DNA of 64,000 bases, from positions 1-64,000 of the IMG/VR virus record IMGVR_UViG_3300028591_000080; one strand, written 5' to 3'. Both the position numbers and the translations under genes were made by a program. This DNA comes from a virus. Taxonomy: Duplodnaviria > Heunggongvirae > Uroviricota > Caudoviricetes. Shown here piece after piece: positions 1 to 9,023 of the stretch; the stretch's first letter is position 1, and each line of letters begins with the position of its first letter. The notes beneath the pieces were generated by a model. It was not told where the DNA came from. It was given only the letters and a program-made list of their open reading frames with translations, and did no database searches.

Positions 1-74
1 TCCGGATTAGAGGATTCGAACCTCTGACCCCTTGGTCCCAGGCCAAGTGCTCTACCAAGCTGAGCTAAATCCGG
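1..74 (-). tRNA. tRNA-Pro(TGG); CCA end lies outside the window
   Basis: Cloverleaf CCGGATT/AATCCGG, anticodon arm CTTGG-CCTGGGA-CCAAG, T-loop TTCGAAT; C at position 33. Confidence 0.9.
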
Positions 75-75
75 A

Positions 76-151
76 TGGTGGACAGACTAGGAGTCGAACC
101 AAGTTATCCTGCTCTTCAGGCAGGCGCACCAACCGTGTATGCCATCTGTCC
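76..151 (-). tRNA. tRNA-Phe(GAA)
   Basis: GGACAGA/TCTGTCC acceptor, CCTGC-CTGAAGA-GCAGG anticodon arm, encoded CCA. Confidence 0.9.
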
Positions 152-156
152 ATACA

Positions 157-231
157 TGGTGCCGCCTGTTGGTAACGCTCCAACATCCCTAGGGCTTCAA
201 CCTAGTGCTAATCTATTTCAGCTAAAGCGGC
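157..231 (-). tRNA. tRNA-Phe(GAA), atypical T-loop
   Basis: GCCGCTT/AGGCGGC acceptor, CTAGG-TTGAAGC-CCTAG, T-arm GTTGG-AGCGTTA-CCAAC, CCA. Confidence 0.8.
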
Positions 232-314
232 ATTTATATAAGTATTAAATTTTAAGCTGCTAAATCGTGTACTTAAGATAAACATCGCTTTAACTCCTTC
301 TTTAATATTTTTAA

Positions 315-390
315 TGGTGCTCCGTGCAGGACTCGAACCTACAGCCACAATCTTGTAGGGATTGTAGTCTCCCAGTTGACGTAACGGAGC
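315..390 (-). tRNA. tRNA-Val(TAC)
   Basis: GCTCCGT/ACGGAGC acceptor, CAATC-CCTACAA-GATTG, TTCGAGT T-loop, CCA; C33. Confidence 0.85.
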
Positions 391-489
391 AAATACGATG
401 GACTTTGATTTTAATGAACTAGTTATTTTTATATGCTTGTTAACAAACCCCTAAACAAACCACGCATATAGGTACCACTAGCATACCTA

Positions 490-582
490 TGGCGTCGAGT
501 GTAGGATTCGAACCCACGGACGGCTCATCACCGTCAACGGTTTTCAAGACCGTCGCAATAAACCAGACTCTGCCAACTCGAC
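490..582 (-). tRNA. tRNA-Ser(TGA)
   Basis: ACGGT-CTTGAAA-ACCGT, long variable arm, G73, CCA. Confidence 0.92.
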
Positions 583-598
583 ATTAATATTTAATTAT

Positions 599-675
599 TG
601 GCGGGGACTGCAAGATTCGAACTTGCGACACGTGGATTAACAGTCCACTGCTCTAACCAGCTGAGCTAAGCCCCC
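599..675 (-). tRNA. tRNA-Asn(GTT)
   Basis: GTGGA-CTGTTAA-TCCAC, canonical D and T arms, CCA. Confidence 0.93.
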
Positions 676-761
676 ATTAACTTGGCCTAACTATTATATT
701 CACCCAAAGAACTTTATTAGATTTTAGAAATAAGTATAGGCTCTATGTTATTAAATTTTAG

Positions 762-837
762 TGGTGGAGCCGGTGGGAGTCAAACCCACAACAGTCAGTT
801 TGCAAAACTGTCTCGCTATCTCAGAACATGCGGTCCC
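762..837 (-). tRNA. tRNA-Ala(TGC), atypical
   Basis: G3:U70 pair, CAGT-TTTGCAA-ACTG, weak D-arm, T-loop TTTGACT, CCA. Confidence 0.7.
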
Positions 838-913
838 TGGTGGAGAAGACGAGGCTCGAACTCGCGACATCTAGCTTGCAAAGCTAGCGCTCTCCCAACT
901 GAGCTACAACCCC
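838..913 (-). tRNA. tRNA-Ala(TGC)
   Basis: G3:U70, CTAGC-TTTGCAA-GCTAG, CCA; two T:T mismatches in the acceptor stem. Confidence 0.88.
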
Positions 914-914
914 A

Positions 915-976
915 TGGGATTACCGAGGCTTAACGTACAACGGATCGAAGCTCAAAACCGAGGAGCTAACGGTAAT
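915..976 (-). ncRNA. Truncated tRNA-like RNA (acceptor stem, D-like arm, CCA)
   Basis: Perfect 7-bp ATTACCG/CGGTAAT stem followed by C-CCA, AGCTC/GAGCT arm, no clear anticodon or T arm; abuts tRNA-Ala. Confidence 0.45.
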
Positions 977-1120
977 ATTATTAATAAAAATAAAAAACGT
1001 AACCATCTAGCTACGTTGAACAAAGGGAATATATGTAAAACAATCTATGGAACTGTTACTGATACTTTTATTCATTGTAGCTTAATTTTTGTTAAGCTAC
1101 ATCTTTCAGTAACTTAACTT

Positions 1121-1255
1121 CTATTTATTTGAATTACTATAATCGGCATCATACCCATTCGCATTAGGCGCATCGAAATAACCAAACGGATTAACGTTTG
1201 AAGAGACATAGTTATTAAAATTCCAAGATACATTTGTCATTAAAACTGTTCTCAT
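1121..1255 (-). CDS. 44-aa Asn-rich peptide
   Basis: AGGAG RBS, ATG, MRTVLMTNVSWNFNNYVSSNVNPFGYFDAPNANGYDADYSNSNK, TAG; late-type box at 1301-1310. Confidence 0.55.
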   Translation of the reverse strand: MRTVLMTNVSWNFNNYVSSNVNPFGYFDAPNANGYDADYSNSNK

Positions 1256-1300
1256 TATTTCATCTCCTAAATAGATTGTTGATATCTTTTTGATATCATT

Positions 1301-1310
1301 TAATTTAGCT
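1301..1310 (-). promoter_or_regulatory. Putative late promoter box (AGCTAAATTA)
   Basis: Recurrent intergenic GCTAAATTA motif. Confidence 0.55.
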
Positions 1311-1345
1311 AATTATTTTTAGCAATTCGAAAATTTTTATTTTTT

Positions 1346-1981
1346 ATTAAATATGCTTAATAATAACTACTTATTAGACTTTCATCTTATTTCATTATTA
1401 AGGTAGTTATTTGACTACAGTGACGATAAGTCTGAGCTTAAAGGAGCTACCTCTAAACTTCTTACCGCGGTCTAGCACTGAGAGGACTCATTACCTCTAA
1501 CTTTCACCGAGTATTCAGAAATAATTACAATCATTATAAAAGTTCCATGCTTTTAAGTAAGGGTTGTTCTTCTTTGTATTCGACAGATACGGCTACTCAC
1601 ATGTAAACTTCTCTTATATCCCTATTACTAGGTATTCAACTGTCAAGTCCCTTATGGATTTTCCTAGGTTTGAATAAGTTTTCCAGGCTTATTCCTAACT
1701 AGGATTCATATAACTTTTGGTTATCATCTATTGTGGAACCGAGAAGAATCATGTCTTAACTCTAATAATAACAAATACACTAACGACTATCGTAATTCTT
1801 CTTTGAAGATTGTGTCCGGTTTGATTTCAATATATACTTCCGAATCGACTTGCCATCATAGGCTATCGTCTATGAACGAAGATTTTTTGCAAGCTACGAA
1901 TCTTTGTCAGCCGCTATCCTAGCACCGTAACAAACGGTCATTCACTAGGGTAATAGGTAATCATTATTAAGCATATTTAAT
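1346..1981 (-). ncRNA. Large structured ncRNA, ROOL-like
   Basis: ~30-bp terminal helix (1346-1376 with 1951-1981) whose G.U pairs form only on the minus strand; many internal hairpins; no convincing ORF; TG-TATAAT promoter just upstream; adjacent to tRNA array. Confidence 0.7.
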
Positions 1982-1992
1982 TGTTACAATAT

Positions 1993-2000
1993 ATTATACA
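1993..2000 (-). promoter_or_regulatory. Sigma70-type extended -10 (TGTATAAT) for the large ncRNA
   Basis: Sits about 12 nt upstream of the terminal helix. Confidence 0.65.
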
Positions 2001-2106
2001 ATATTTTTTAAATTTTTTCATATAATATAAATAAATTTGGCCGAGACTTAGGTTTTTCCACTTAGCTAGTTCCGAACTTACTAGCACCAAATCATTTTAC
2101 ATTTAT

Positions 2107-2135
2107 ATTATACAATAAATTTTTGATTTTGTAAA
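2107..2135 (-). promoter_or_regulatory. Sigma70-type promoter TTTACA-17-TATAAT with A-tract UP element
   Basis: Exact 17-nt spacing, TG before the -10. Confidence 0.75.
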
Positions 2136-2189
2136 TATATTTTTTAAAAATTTTTTAATTTTTTGAAGTTTTTGATTAACTTCACTACT

Positions 2190-2218
2190 AATATACAACA
2201 AAATCTTAAATTTGTAAA
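2190..2218 (-). promoter_or_regulatory. Second tandem sigma70-type promoter TTTACA-17-TATATT
   Basis: Near-duplicate of 2107-2135. Confidence 0.7.
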
Positions 2219-2245
2219 TACTTTTTTGAAATTTTTTATAATTTT

Positions 2246-2878
2246 TTAATTTCTATCAATTAATTTTGCAGTATTTACCAAAATTTTAGTTAATTGTGGA
2301 CTAATTCCAAATCTCTTAGCATTAGCTTCAATAGACTTTAATAGATTTCCGTCATGTTGTCTTAATGAAGCAGCCTTCCAATCAGCTAACATTTCACAGA
2401 TATCTACTAGATCCATTCCATTAATTCCATCTGGATAATGTTCTGGGTGATGTCTATTAACTGCATAGTGATGTGCTGTTGCTTCACTAATATTTTCTAG
2501 ACTTTGTTTATATTCTTCACTCATTTCACCATTTTCATTTTGAAATTTTAATCTTGCTAACTTTTTAGTGTTCTTAGCAAAAATCTCTACTTCTGGTGAA
2601 ACTAATTTAGATGCATCATGGTCAATACCTCTTTGAGTTAATTCATCAGTAATTAATTTAATATAATATTGTACCATAGCAATATGCTTTCTTGTTTCTT
2701 CATTACATTCTGCAAGTGACATATAATCTTCATCATTTTCATAGCTTTCAACTAAAAGTCTTGTTTTTCCACAACACTCACATTTACTAGGCTCTTCAAA
2801 ATAAATAAAATTTTCCTGTCTTGCTTCTGGGTTAATCTTTTCGAGATAACATCTCTTACAATAACTCATTAGAATCAT
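2246..2878 (-). CDS. DUF5662-like HD-related protein with N-terminal Zn-finger
   Basis: HDASK, HHYAVNRHHPEHY, EMLADW motifs; two CxxC. Confidence 0.7.
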   Translation of the reverse strand: MILMSYCKRCYLEKINPEARQENFIYFEEPSKCECCGKTRLLVESYENDEDYMSLAECNEETRKHIAMVQYYIKLITDELTQRGIDHDASKLVSPEVEIFAKNTKKLARLKFQNENGEMSEEYKQSLENISEATAHHYAVNRHHPEHYPDGINGMDLVDICEMLADWKAASLRQHDGNLLKSIEANAKRFGISPQLTKILVNTAKLIDRN

Positions 2879-2899
2879 CTCCTAACTTTTTATTTGTTC

Positions 2900-2995
2900 T
2901 GGCAGGGGCTGCAGGATTCGAACCCGCACCGGCCGGTTTGGACTCGGCCTTTTACGGTTTTGAAGACCGCTGTGCTCCCATTACACCAAGCCCCT
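2900..2995 (-). tRNA. Opal-decoding tRNA, anticodon UCA (tRNA-Trp-like body, long variable arm)
   Basis: AGGGGCT/AGCCCCT acceptor, G73, CCA; GCGGT-CTTCAAA-ACCGT anticodon arm; 26-nt variable region with GGCCG/CGGCC stem. Confidence 0.93.
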
Positions 2996-3047
2996 AAGAG
3001 AACATAGACAATGTAATAATACAAAGCCTATGTTAAAAATTTAGCAA

Positions 3048-3635
3048 TTATTTTACATCCTTTAGAATGCTTCCAATAGCTCCACCTGGGTGATTATACT
3101 TAAAATCAACTAATGTAATTCCAAGTCTATCGGCTAATTGTAATGCTAAACCTTGAAGTAAAATTAAATAAGTTGAACTTGACGCATTAGGAACAATATT
3201 CCAATTATCTCCTTCATGTTCTAGCTCTAAAGTAAGATTAGTACTTAAAGTCTTATTTAATAAACTGTCCTTATTAAATGTAACAGCTATAGCTCTATCG
3301 CCACGTTGATTTAAATAGTTTGCAAGTAAAATAGATTCTGCAGTATTACCACTCTTTGATAAGACAAAAACTAAATCTTTCTTACCAATATAACCTAAAT
3401 CACCATGCATTGCTGTGTTAGTATGCATAAATACAGCTGGAATACTTAATGAAGTACAAGTACCTACAATCTTTTCACAGATTGGAACATTTTTTCCTAA
3501 TCCTGAAAATACTAGCTTTCCACCATTTTTAATACAGGCTTCCGCTTGATTTAAAATGTCGTTGAAATTCTCTTCAGATAAAGATTCTAAAGATTTTTCA
3601 ATTATAGACATTTGTTCCTTAAAATAATTTAACAT
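3048..3635 (-). CDS. SIS-domain sugar isomerase, KpsF/GutQ (arabinose-5-phosphate isomerase) family, no CBS domains
   Basis: SGLGK, AMHGDLG, LSKSGNTAE, PNASS, HPGGAIG motifs. Confidence 0.85.
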   Translation of the reverse strand: MLNYFKEQMSIIEKSLESLSEENFNDILNQAEACIKNGGKLVFSGLGKNVPICEKIVGTCTSLSIPAVFMHTNTAMHGDLGYIGKKDLVFVLSKSGNTAESILLANYLNQRGDRAIAVTFNKDSLLNKTLSTNLTLELEHEGDNWNIVPNASSSTYLILLQGLALQLADRLGITLVDFKYNHPGGAIGSILKDVK

Positions 3636-3682
3636 AGTTTCACCTCTCTTAACCAGTACAATTTATAATACAAATGAAAAAA

Positions 3683-5395
3683 TTAATTTTCAGATAATAA
3701 ACGTAAGAATAATTCTCTTTGAGATTCTAATTGAACTTTATCAACAGTCTTTTCTTTTCCATCTACTATATAATCTTCATATTCTTTCTTTTCATCTAAT
3801 ACTTCATGAATCTTAGTATCGATAGTTCCAATATTTTCTAAAACTTTTATAAATGCTGGTCTTGTGTTATTTACTCTATAAATTCTATCACAAGACTGAT
3901 CAAAAGAAGAATAAGTCCAAGGAGTATCTAACATAATTAAATACATTGAAGAATTAAATGTTAAGCCAGTACCCATTGCTTGATGTGTACCCATAATTAT
4001 TTTATAATCATCATTTTCTTGAAATAAATTATTATTACGTTGACGCTCGCCTGCGCTTAATTCACCTAAGATTAATAGTGGTTTATATTCTTTTAAAGCT
4101 TCACTTAATGTCTTTATTGGTTGAATAAAATTTGACATTATAACGACTTTTTCACCTTGACTGAGTATTTCTTCAACCAAGTCTAAACAACGCAAAATTT
4201 TTGACGATTTTATGTCATTAGAAGATAAAATAGATGGATCTACAGATGCTTGACGAAGTCTAGTTGTTAGTGCTAATAAATTAGAAGTTTCTAAATTAAT
4301 TAAGTCAACTTGAGTTCCAATTCCATCTACAATTTCATCATAAAATTTCTTATGGTCAGGTTCCATTTCAATATATTCATATTCAATAAATTTACCAGGC
4401 ATATCTGATCTAATTTGAGGTAGAGTTCTTCTTAATGAACAACTTTCTACTTCTTCTCTTAATACATCTAGATTTTGATATCCAACAACTCTATCATCTG
4501 CGTCTTTAACCTCATATTGAGGTCTATAAGTAGTTAAAATTGAATTATCATTCTTAGTAAAGACTAAAGGTAAATAAGCACTAATAGGATTATTTGTAAT
4601 TAAAGTACCAGTAACTCCAACCATATATTCAGAAGATAATTTTAATAAATGAGCACCTTGTTGAGATTTTTTATTATTAGTTCTATGAATCTCATCTACA
4701 ACAATCATTCCAAAATCATTTTTTCCTTTTAATAAAGCTGCAGTTAAGTCTTTTTCTTTATCTTTTCCTTTTTTGCCTCCACCTCTTAATTTTTCAATAT
4801 TAGTAATGACAAAAAATTCATCAATAGGATGCTTTAAAATTTCTACACATTCTTTTACAGAACGATAACTTACTTTACCATTCTTACTAACTTTACGTCC
4901 AAGAATTATACCAGATAAAGAACTATATTTATTGATTTCGTTTAACCAGTTTTCTTTAATTGAATTTACTCCACAAATAATTAAACAATGCTCTATAAGA
5001 CCTCTTTTATAAAGAAGTTCAGCTGCACCAATTATTTCTAGAGTTTTACCTAATCCCATACTGTCTAATAATAACCACTGTTTATGTTTAACATGATAAT
5101 TAAAAGCGTCTACTTGATGTGGAAACGGTTTAAAATTTAATTGTTCTAATTCTTTATGTTTAATTGAATATTTATATTTTTCTTTTTCTAAAATAACAAA
5201 TTTATCATTATTATAATAAAGTTTTAAGTCATCTTCATTTAAAAGTGCAAATAAAAAATTATTAATATTAGTTTGAGAAATAATATTTTCACCTGGTTTA
5301 ATTTCTAAAGAATTATATATTAAATTTTTATTATATTTTAATTCAAAGATTAAATTATTATCTATATCTTTATATTTATAAAATAATTCTATCAT
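3683..5395 (-). CDS. SNF2-family helicase
   Basis: DSMGLGKT, DEIH, TGT, GTGLT, QSCDRIYR. Confidence 0.9.
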   Translation of the reverse strand: MIELFYKYKDIDNNLIFELKYNKNLIYNSLEIKPGENIISQTNINNFLFALLNEDDLKLYYNNDKFVILEKEKYKYSIKHKELEQLNFKPFPHQVDAFNYHVKHKQWLLLDSMGLGKTLEIIGAAELLYKRGLIEHCLIICGVNSIKENWLNEINKYSSLSGIILGRKVSKNGKVSYRSVKECVEILKHPIDEFFVITNIEKLRGGGKKGKDKEKDLTAALLKGKNDFGMIVVDEIHRTNNKKSQQGAHLLKLSSEYMVGVTGTLITNNPISAYLPLVFTKNDNSILTTYRPQYEVKDADDRVVGYQNLDVLREEVESCSLRRTLPQIRSDMPGKFIEYEYIEMEPDHKKFYDEIVDGIGTQVDLINLETSNLLALTTRLRQASVDPSILSSNDIKSSKILRCLDLVEEILSQGEKVVIMSNFIQPIKTLSEALKEYKPLLILGELSAGERQRNNNLFQENDDYKIIMGTHQAMGTGLTFNSSMYLIMLDTPWTYSSFDQSCDRIYRVNNTRPAFIKVLENIGTIDTKIHEVLDEKKEYEDYIVDGKEKTVDKVQLESQRELFLRLLSEN

Positions 5396-5406
5396 ATTTA
5401 ACTCTT

Positions 5407-5706
5407 TTAAAATTTATTTAAGAAATATATTAACCATGATGGCATATCAGACTTAATTAAAGTCGGTTCATCTTTTACTAATGTTAGAGTTATATCATCA
5501 TATTTAATAGCTTCATCCATAAACTCTTTTAAATTAACACAACTTATTTCCCATTCATGTGCTTTTTCAAAATAATAATATGGTTTAACTTTATTATAAC
5601 TAAATATTAATGATAATAATTCTGGTACATATTTACTATACTTTATTAAAAATGAAGATTTTCCACTTAATTTCTTAGGTGGTCTTAATTCTGTAATATA
5701 AATCAT
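5407..5706 (-). CDS. Hypothetical protein
   Basis: ORF translationally coupled to the upstream gene. Confidence 0.6.
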   Translation of the reverse strand: MIYITELRPPKKLSGKSSFLIKYSKYVPELLSLIFSYNKVKPYYYFEKAHEWEISCVNLKEFMDEAIKYDDITLTLVKDEPTLIKSDMPSWLIYFLNKF

Positions 5707-5993
5707 TAGAATAATGAAACTGGTTCTGTAGATGTAAAGTTAACTTCTTCTTCAACATCTTCAGTCTTTACTTTAATTTCTAAATCTACATTAAATTCTT
5801 TATTACAATAATCACAAATATATTGTTCTGATAAATCTGGTTCTTCATCATAATCTACAGCTAAAATCTTTCCTAAAGCATTTTTAACTACAGTATTAGA
5901 AGTTCCTGTTAAATATTTAGAAAGATAAATTTCATCTAAAGTATATTCTGCTCCACAATGTGGACAAGTAATTTTTATAAATTTATTTTCCAT
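5706..5993 (-). CDS. Zn-ribbon protein
   Basis: CPHC...CDYC; AAGGAG RBS. Confidence 0.7.
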   Translation of the reverse strand: MENKFIKITCPHCGAEYTLDEIYLSKYLTGTSNTVVKNALGKILAVDYDEEPDLSEQYICDYCNKEFNVDLEIKVKTEDVEEEVNFTSTEPVSLF

Positions 5994-5994
5994 A

Positions 5995-6179
5995 TAATAA
6001 AACTCCTTATATATTATATCTTTATTATATTATACATTATTATAATATATATTTATATAATATTTATATATTTTTTTATAAAATTTTTAATTAATTTTAT
6101 AAAAAAATAAAAAAGATAATATATTTAATATATACTATTATATACATATTATTTATATTATCTTTATTATTTTTAATTA
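5995..6179. other. Extremely AT-rich intergenic region at the late/early module junction
   Basis: Almost no G or C over ~185 bp; contains TGTATAAT-like boxes on the minus strand. Confidence 0.6.
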
Positions 6180-8429
6180 TTATACGTAATCATTATAAGG
6201 GTCTGTTAATTTTTTACAATTAGTTATAGTAATAAAACCACCATTTATATAATTATAAATGTCTATAGGCGTTCCACCACTACTTGTAATATAGAAAAAT
6301 ATACCACTATTATTTATATCTAAGCATATTCTATAACTAGTACTTAGTGTTTTAAACCATACACTACTCCAGTTATTATAGTCAATAGTAATTGTAAATC
6401 TATCTGATAACGTAACATAGTCAACACCGGCCTCTGGGTGCGTTACTTGTTTAACTCCATATGAGAAACTCTTTACACGGTAAGTTAATGTTCCATCGAT
6501 TTCAATAATATTTCTTCCATAGATATCATCTCAATCTGAAGATGAATCCATACTACTTGTCGCTGGATAATTTATTCTAAATTCACGTAATATACTATTA
6601 ATTCCTACTGATGCAAAATATACATTATATCCATTAGAAGTGCCTTTTCTAAATTCATACATTTTTCCAAATCCTGGATACTTAAAGTATGGTTCATCAT
6701 GGTCAGCTGCTTTAAAAATTTTACCAGTTTTTCAAATACGTAATCCATTATTTATATCTATAAATCCTGTATTTGATACACTTGAAATAACATTTGTATA
6801 AAGTTGAGATTTTACAGTAATGTTTCTAGCACTTAAGCTTGTATTTACTGTTATCTCATCAGCATTAAAATATGGAGTATATAATAAAGTTTTATCGTTA
6901 TTTGTTACTTTTGTTGTTAAAGATGTCCAATTATAATAAGAACAAGAAGATGGATTTTCAACAAGATTTTTTATAAATCTAATTCCATCATATGCCACCA
7001 TTAACGAATTTTCTTCTGGATGATTTAAACCTGTAGCTGATGGACTAGAACTACTATTTTTAATTCGTATAAAATAATTTCCATCAACTTTATTAGTTGT
7101 TAAAGAGTCTGTTTTGACACTGTTTGCTGTTATTACATTTCCTTCTAAAGTATTATTAACTTTAACTTTATTTCCAGTCATTGTAACATTTTGTGGTATA
7201 GTTATTTGACTAGATGATAAAGTAATATATGTATTAGAATTTTGAGCATATAAATATTGAGGTAGCCAAATCTTATTATTAGTTGAAACTAAATTATAAC
7301 CTGTCGCATTTCATGTTGTTGTACATTTCTTTAGTTCGCCATTTTCAAGATAAATTGGTGTATAAGTATTACCAACATTAATACCACTACCTACTTCTTT
7401 AATCATACCATCTTCAACTTTTAATAATTTAACTCCAGAAATATTTATATCATAATTAGTATACGTTTTAGTCTCAGGATTATACACTTTTAATTGTTCT
7501 GCATAAATAGCATGACTTACACCTCTATCAGCATGAGAGATATTAGGTTTTATTTTATGATTATTATCGAAAGATAAATTAATATTAGTTCCATTATCTG
7601 AAACTGTATCAGTATTAATTACGTCATTATTAGTATGATAATTATGAACTGAACTGTCTGCGATTTTATCGGCTGTAACTGCATCATCTTTAATTTTTGC
7701 AGTTGTTATGTTTTGATTTTTAATTTTGTTTGTTGTAACGCTATCAGTAGCAAGTTTTGGTTCAGTTACATTTTCATCTTTAATTTTTTCAGTGATTACA
7801 CTATTAGTGTTTAATTTTTCAGTAGTAACATTTAAGTTTTTAATCTTATCTGTAGTTACAATTGCATTTTCTAGATCGATTTCTTTAATCTTTCCAAATA
7901 ATTTATCTTTATCTTGTCCTAAATCTAAATAATAATAGAAACTTTTATTTGTTGAGCTTTCTAAATCATTTCTAGATGTTAAGATAGCTAAACCATTAAA
8001 AATTGAATCACTACCACTTGTAATATCTAGTATTTCAGTATTAGGATTTTGTATTGTTGATGAAGAAACAAATGGTCTTAAAATTAATGTTTCTTGATCA
8101 TTTCCTAATGAAACAGGTTCCAATTTAATTCCTAACCAGCATGGTTTTAATTTTTGAGTACTAGTATTGAATAATTCTGTAGTTAATTCTTTAATTTTAA
8201 AGTAATATCCATGAATGAAGAATTCAAATGGTTGATTAAGTTTGACATCTTCTGGTTGAGTAATTATAAATGTATCTTTATTAATATATGAAGTTAATTT
8301 TTGGTTAGCTTCGGTATTAATAGAACTTTCTACATTATAAACATAATCTACAGAGTCTTTTGTAAATGTTCCTCTAAATGCTGTAGGATATACATCGATA
8401 TTTCCACTTTTAAAATAACTTATTGCCAT
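6180..8429 (-). CDS. Tail fibre / receptor-binding protein (749 aa, 3 TGA)
   Basis: Track ORFs 7311-8429 and 6732-7181 are in frame; TGA at 7311, 6732, 6531; 10-aa VTxxKI repeats; last gene of the baseplate module. Confidence 0.75.
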
Positions 8430-8431
8430 TC

Positions 8432-9010
8432 TTATTCTCCTTCATTAGTAGTTGGATTACTAATTTTCATTGTCCATTCAATTAAAAGATTATAATTACT
8501 ATTTTTATCTTCAAAATTTATTGGATCAAGTACTTCAGTTGTCTTACCATCAACAATTGTTGATTTTGTTAATAGATAATAAGCACTTGGATGTGAATCT
8601 AAATTTTCTGTTCCAGAGTAAATTGCAACTAAACTTAACCAATTTCCTAATAAATAAGAATATGGGATTGAAAATCTAAATGTTGCTTTATCTTCATCTA
8701 CTTGAACTAATGCATCTAAATATATAAAATCTGTTGAAACTGCTGTTCTAACATTATTACCATCACCATTTCAATCAAAATCTTTAGGATAAAATTTTGA
8801 ACTAGCTCGTCCAGCTATATCAAAAAGCTTAATCTTAGTTGGTCTTAGTATATTTGCTGCATTAAAATCTCCACCCAAGCATTTAGCGAAAAATCTAAAT
8901 AATGGTGAACAACCTTTATTATGATAATTTCTTGTGCTAATTAATTCTTTACCTTTATATTCACTTACCTTAATTGTACCTGAATATTCAAATAAACTAT
9001 TATTATTCAT
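8432..9010 (-). CDS. Baseplate-associated structural protein (192 aa, 1 TGA)
   Basis: Reads through TGA at 8771 to TAA at 8432; ends IEWTMKI. Confidence 0.65.
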
Positions 9011-9023
9011 AAATTCTCCTATA

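Noticed and set aside
490-582. tRNA with anticodon TGA as a second suppressor
   Set aside because: Anticodon UGA reads UCA (Ser); this is an ordinary tRNA-Ser
1121-1255. AAT/AAC-rich ORF as a DGR template repeat
   Set aside because: No reverse transcriptase or matching variable repeat seen in this window
1346-1981. Group I/II intron, tmRNA or RNase P RNA
   Set aside because: Interrupts no gene, has no tRNA-like ends, and no recognisable catalytic-core motifs were found
2900-2995. tRNA-Sec / selenocysteine interpretation
   Set aside because: 7-bp acceptor and 4-bp D-stem rather than the Sec geometry; TGAs align with Trp motifs rather than Cys; no sel genes or consistent SECIS seen
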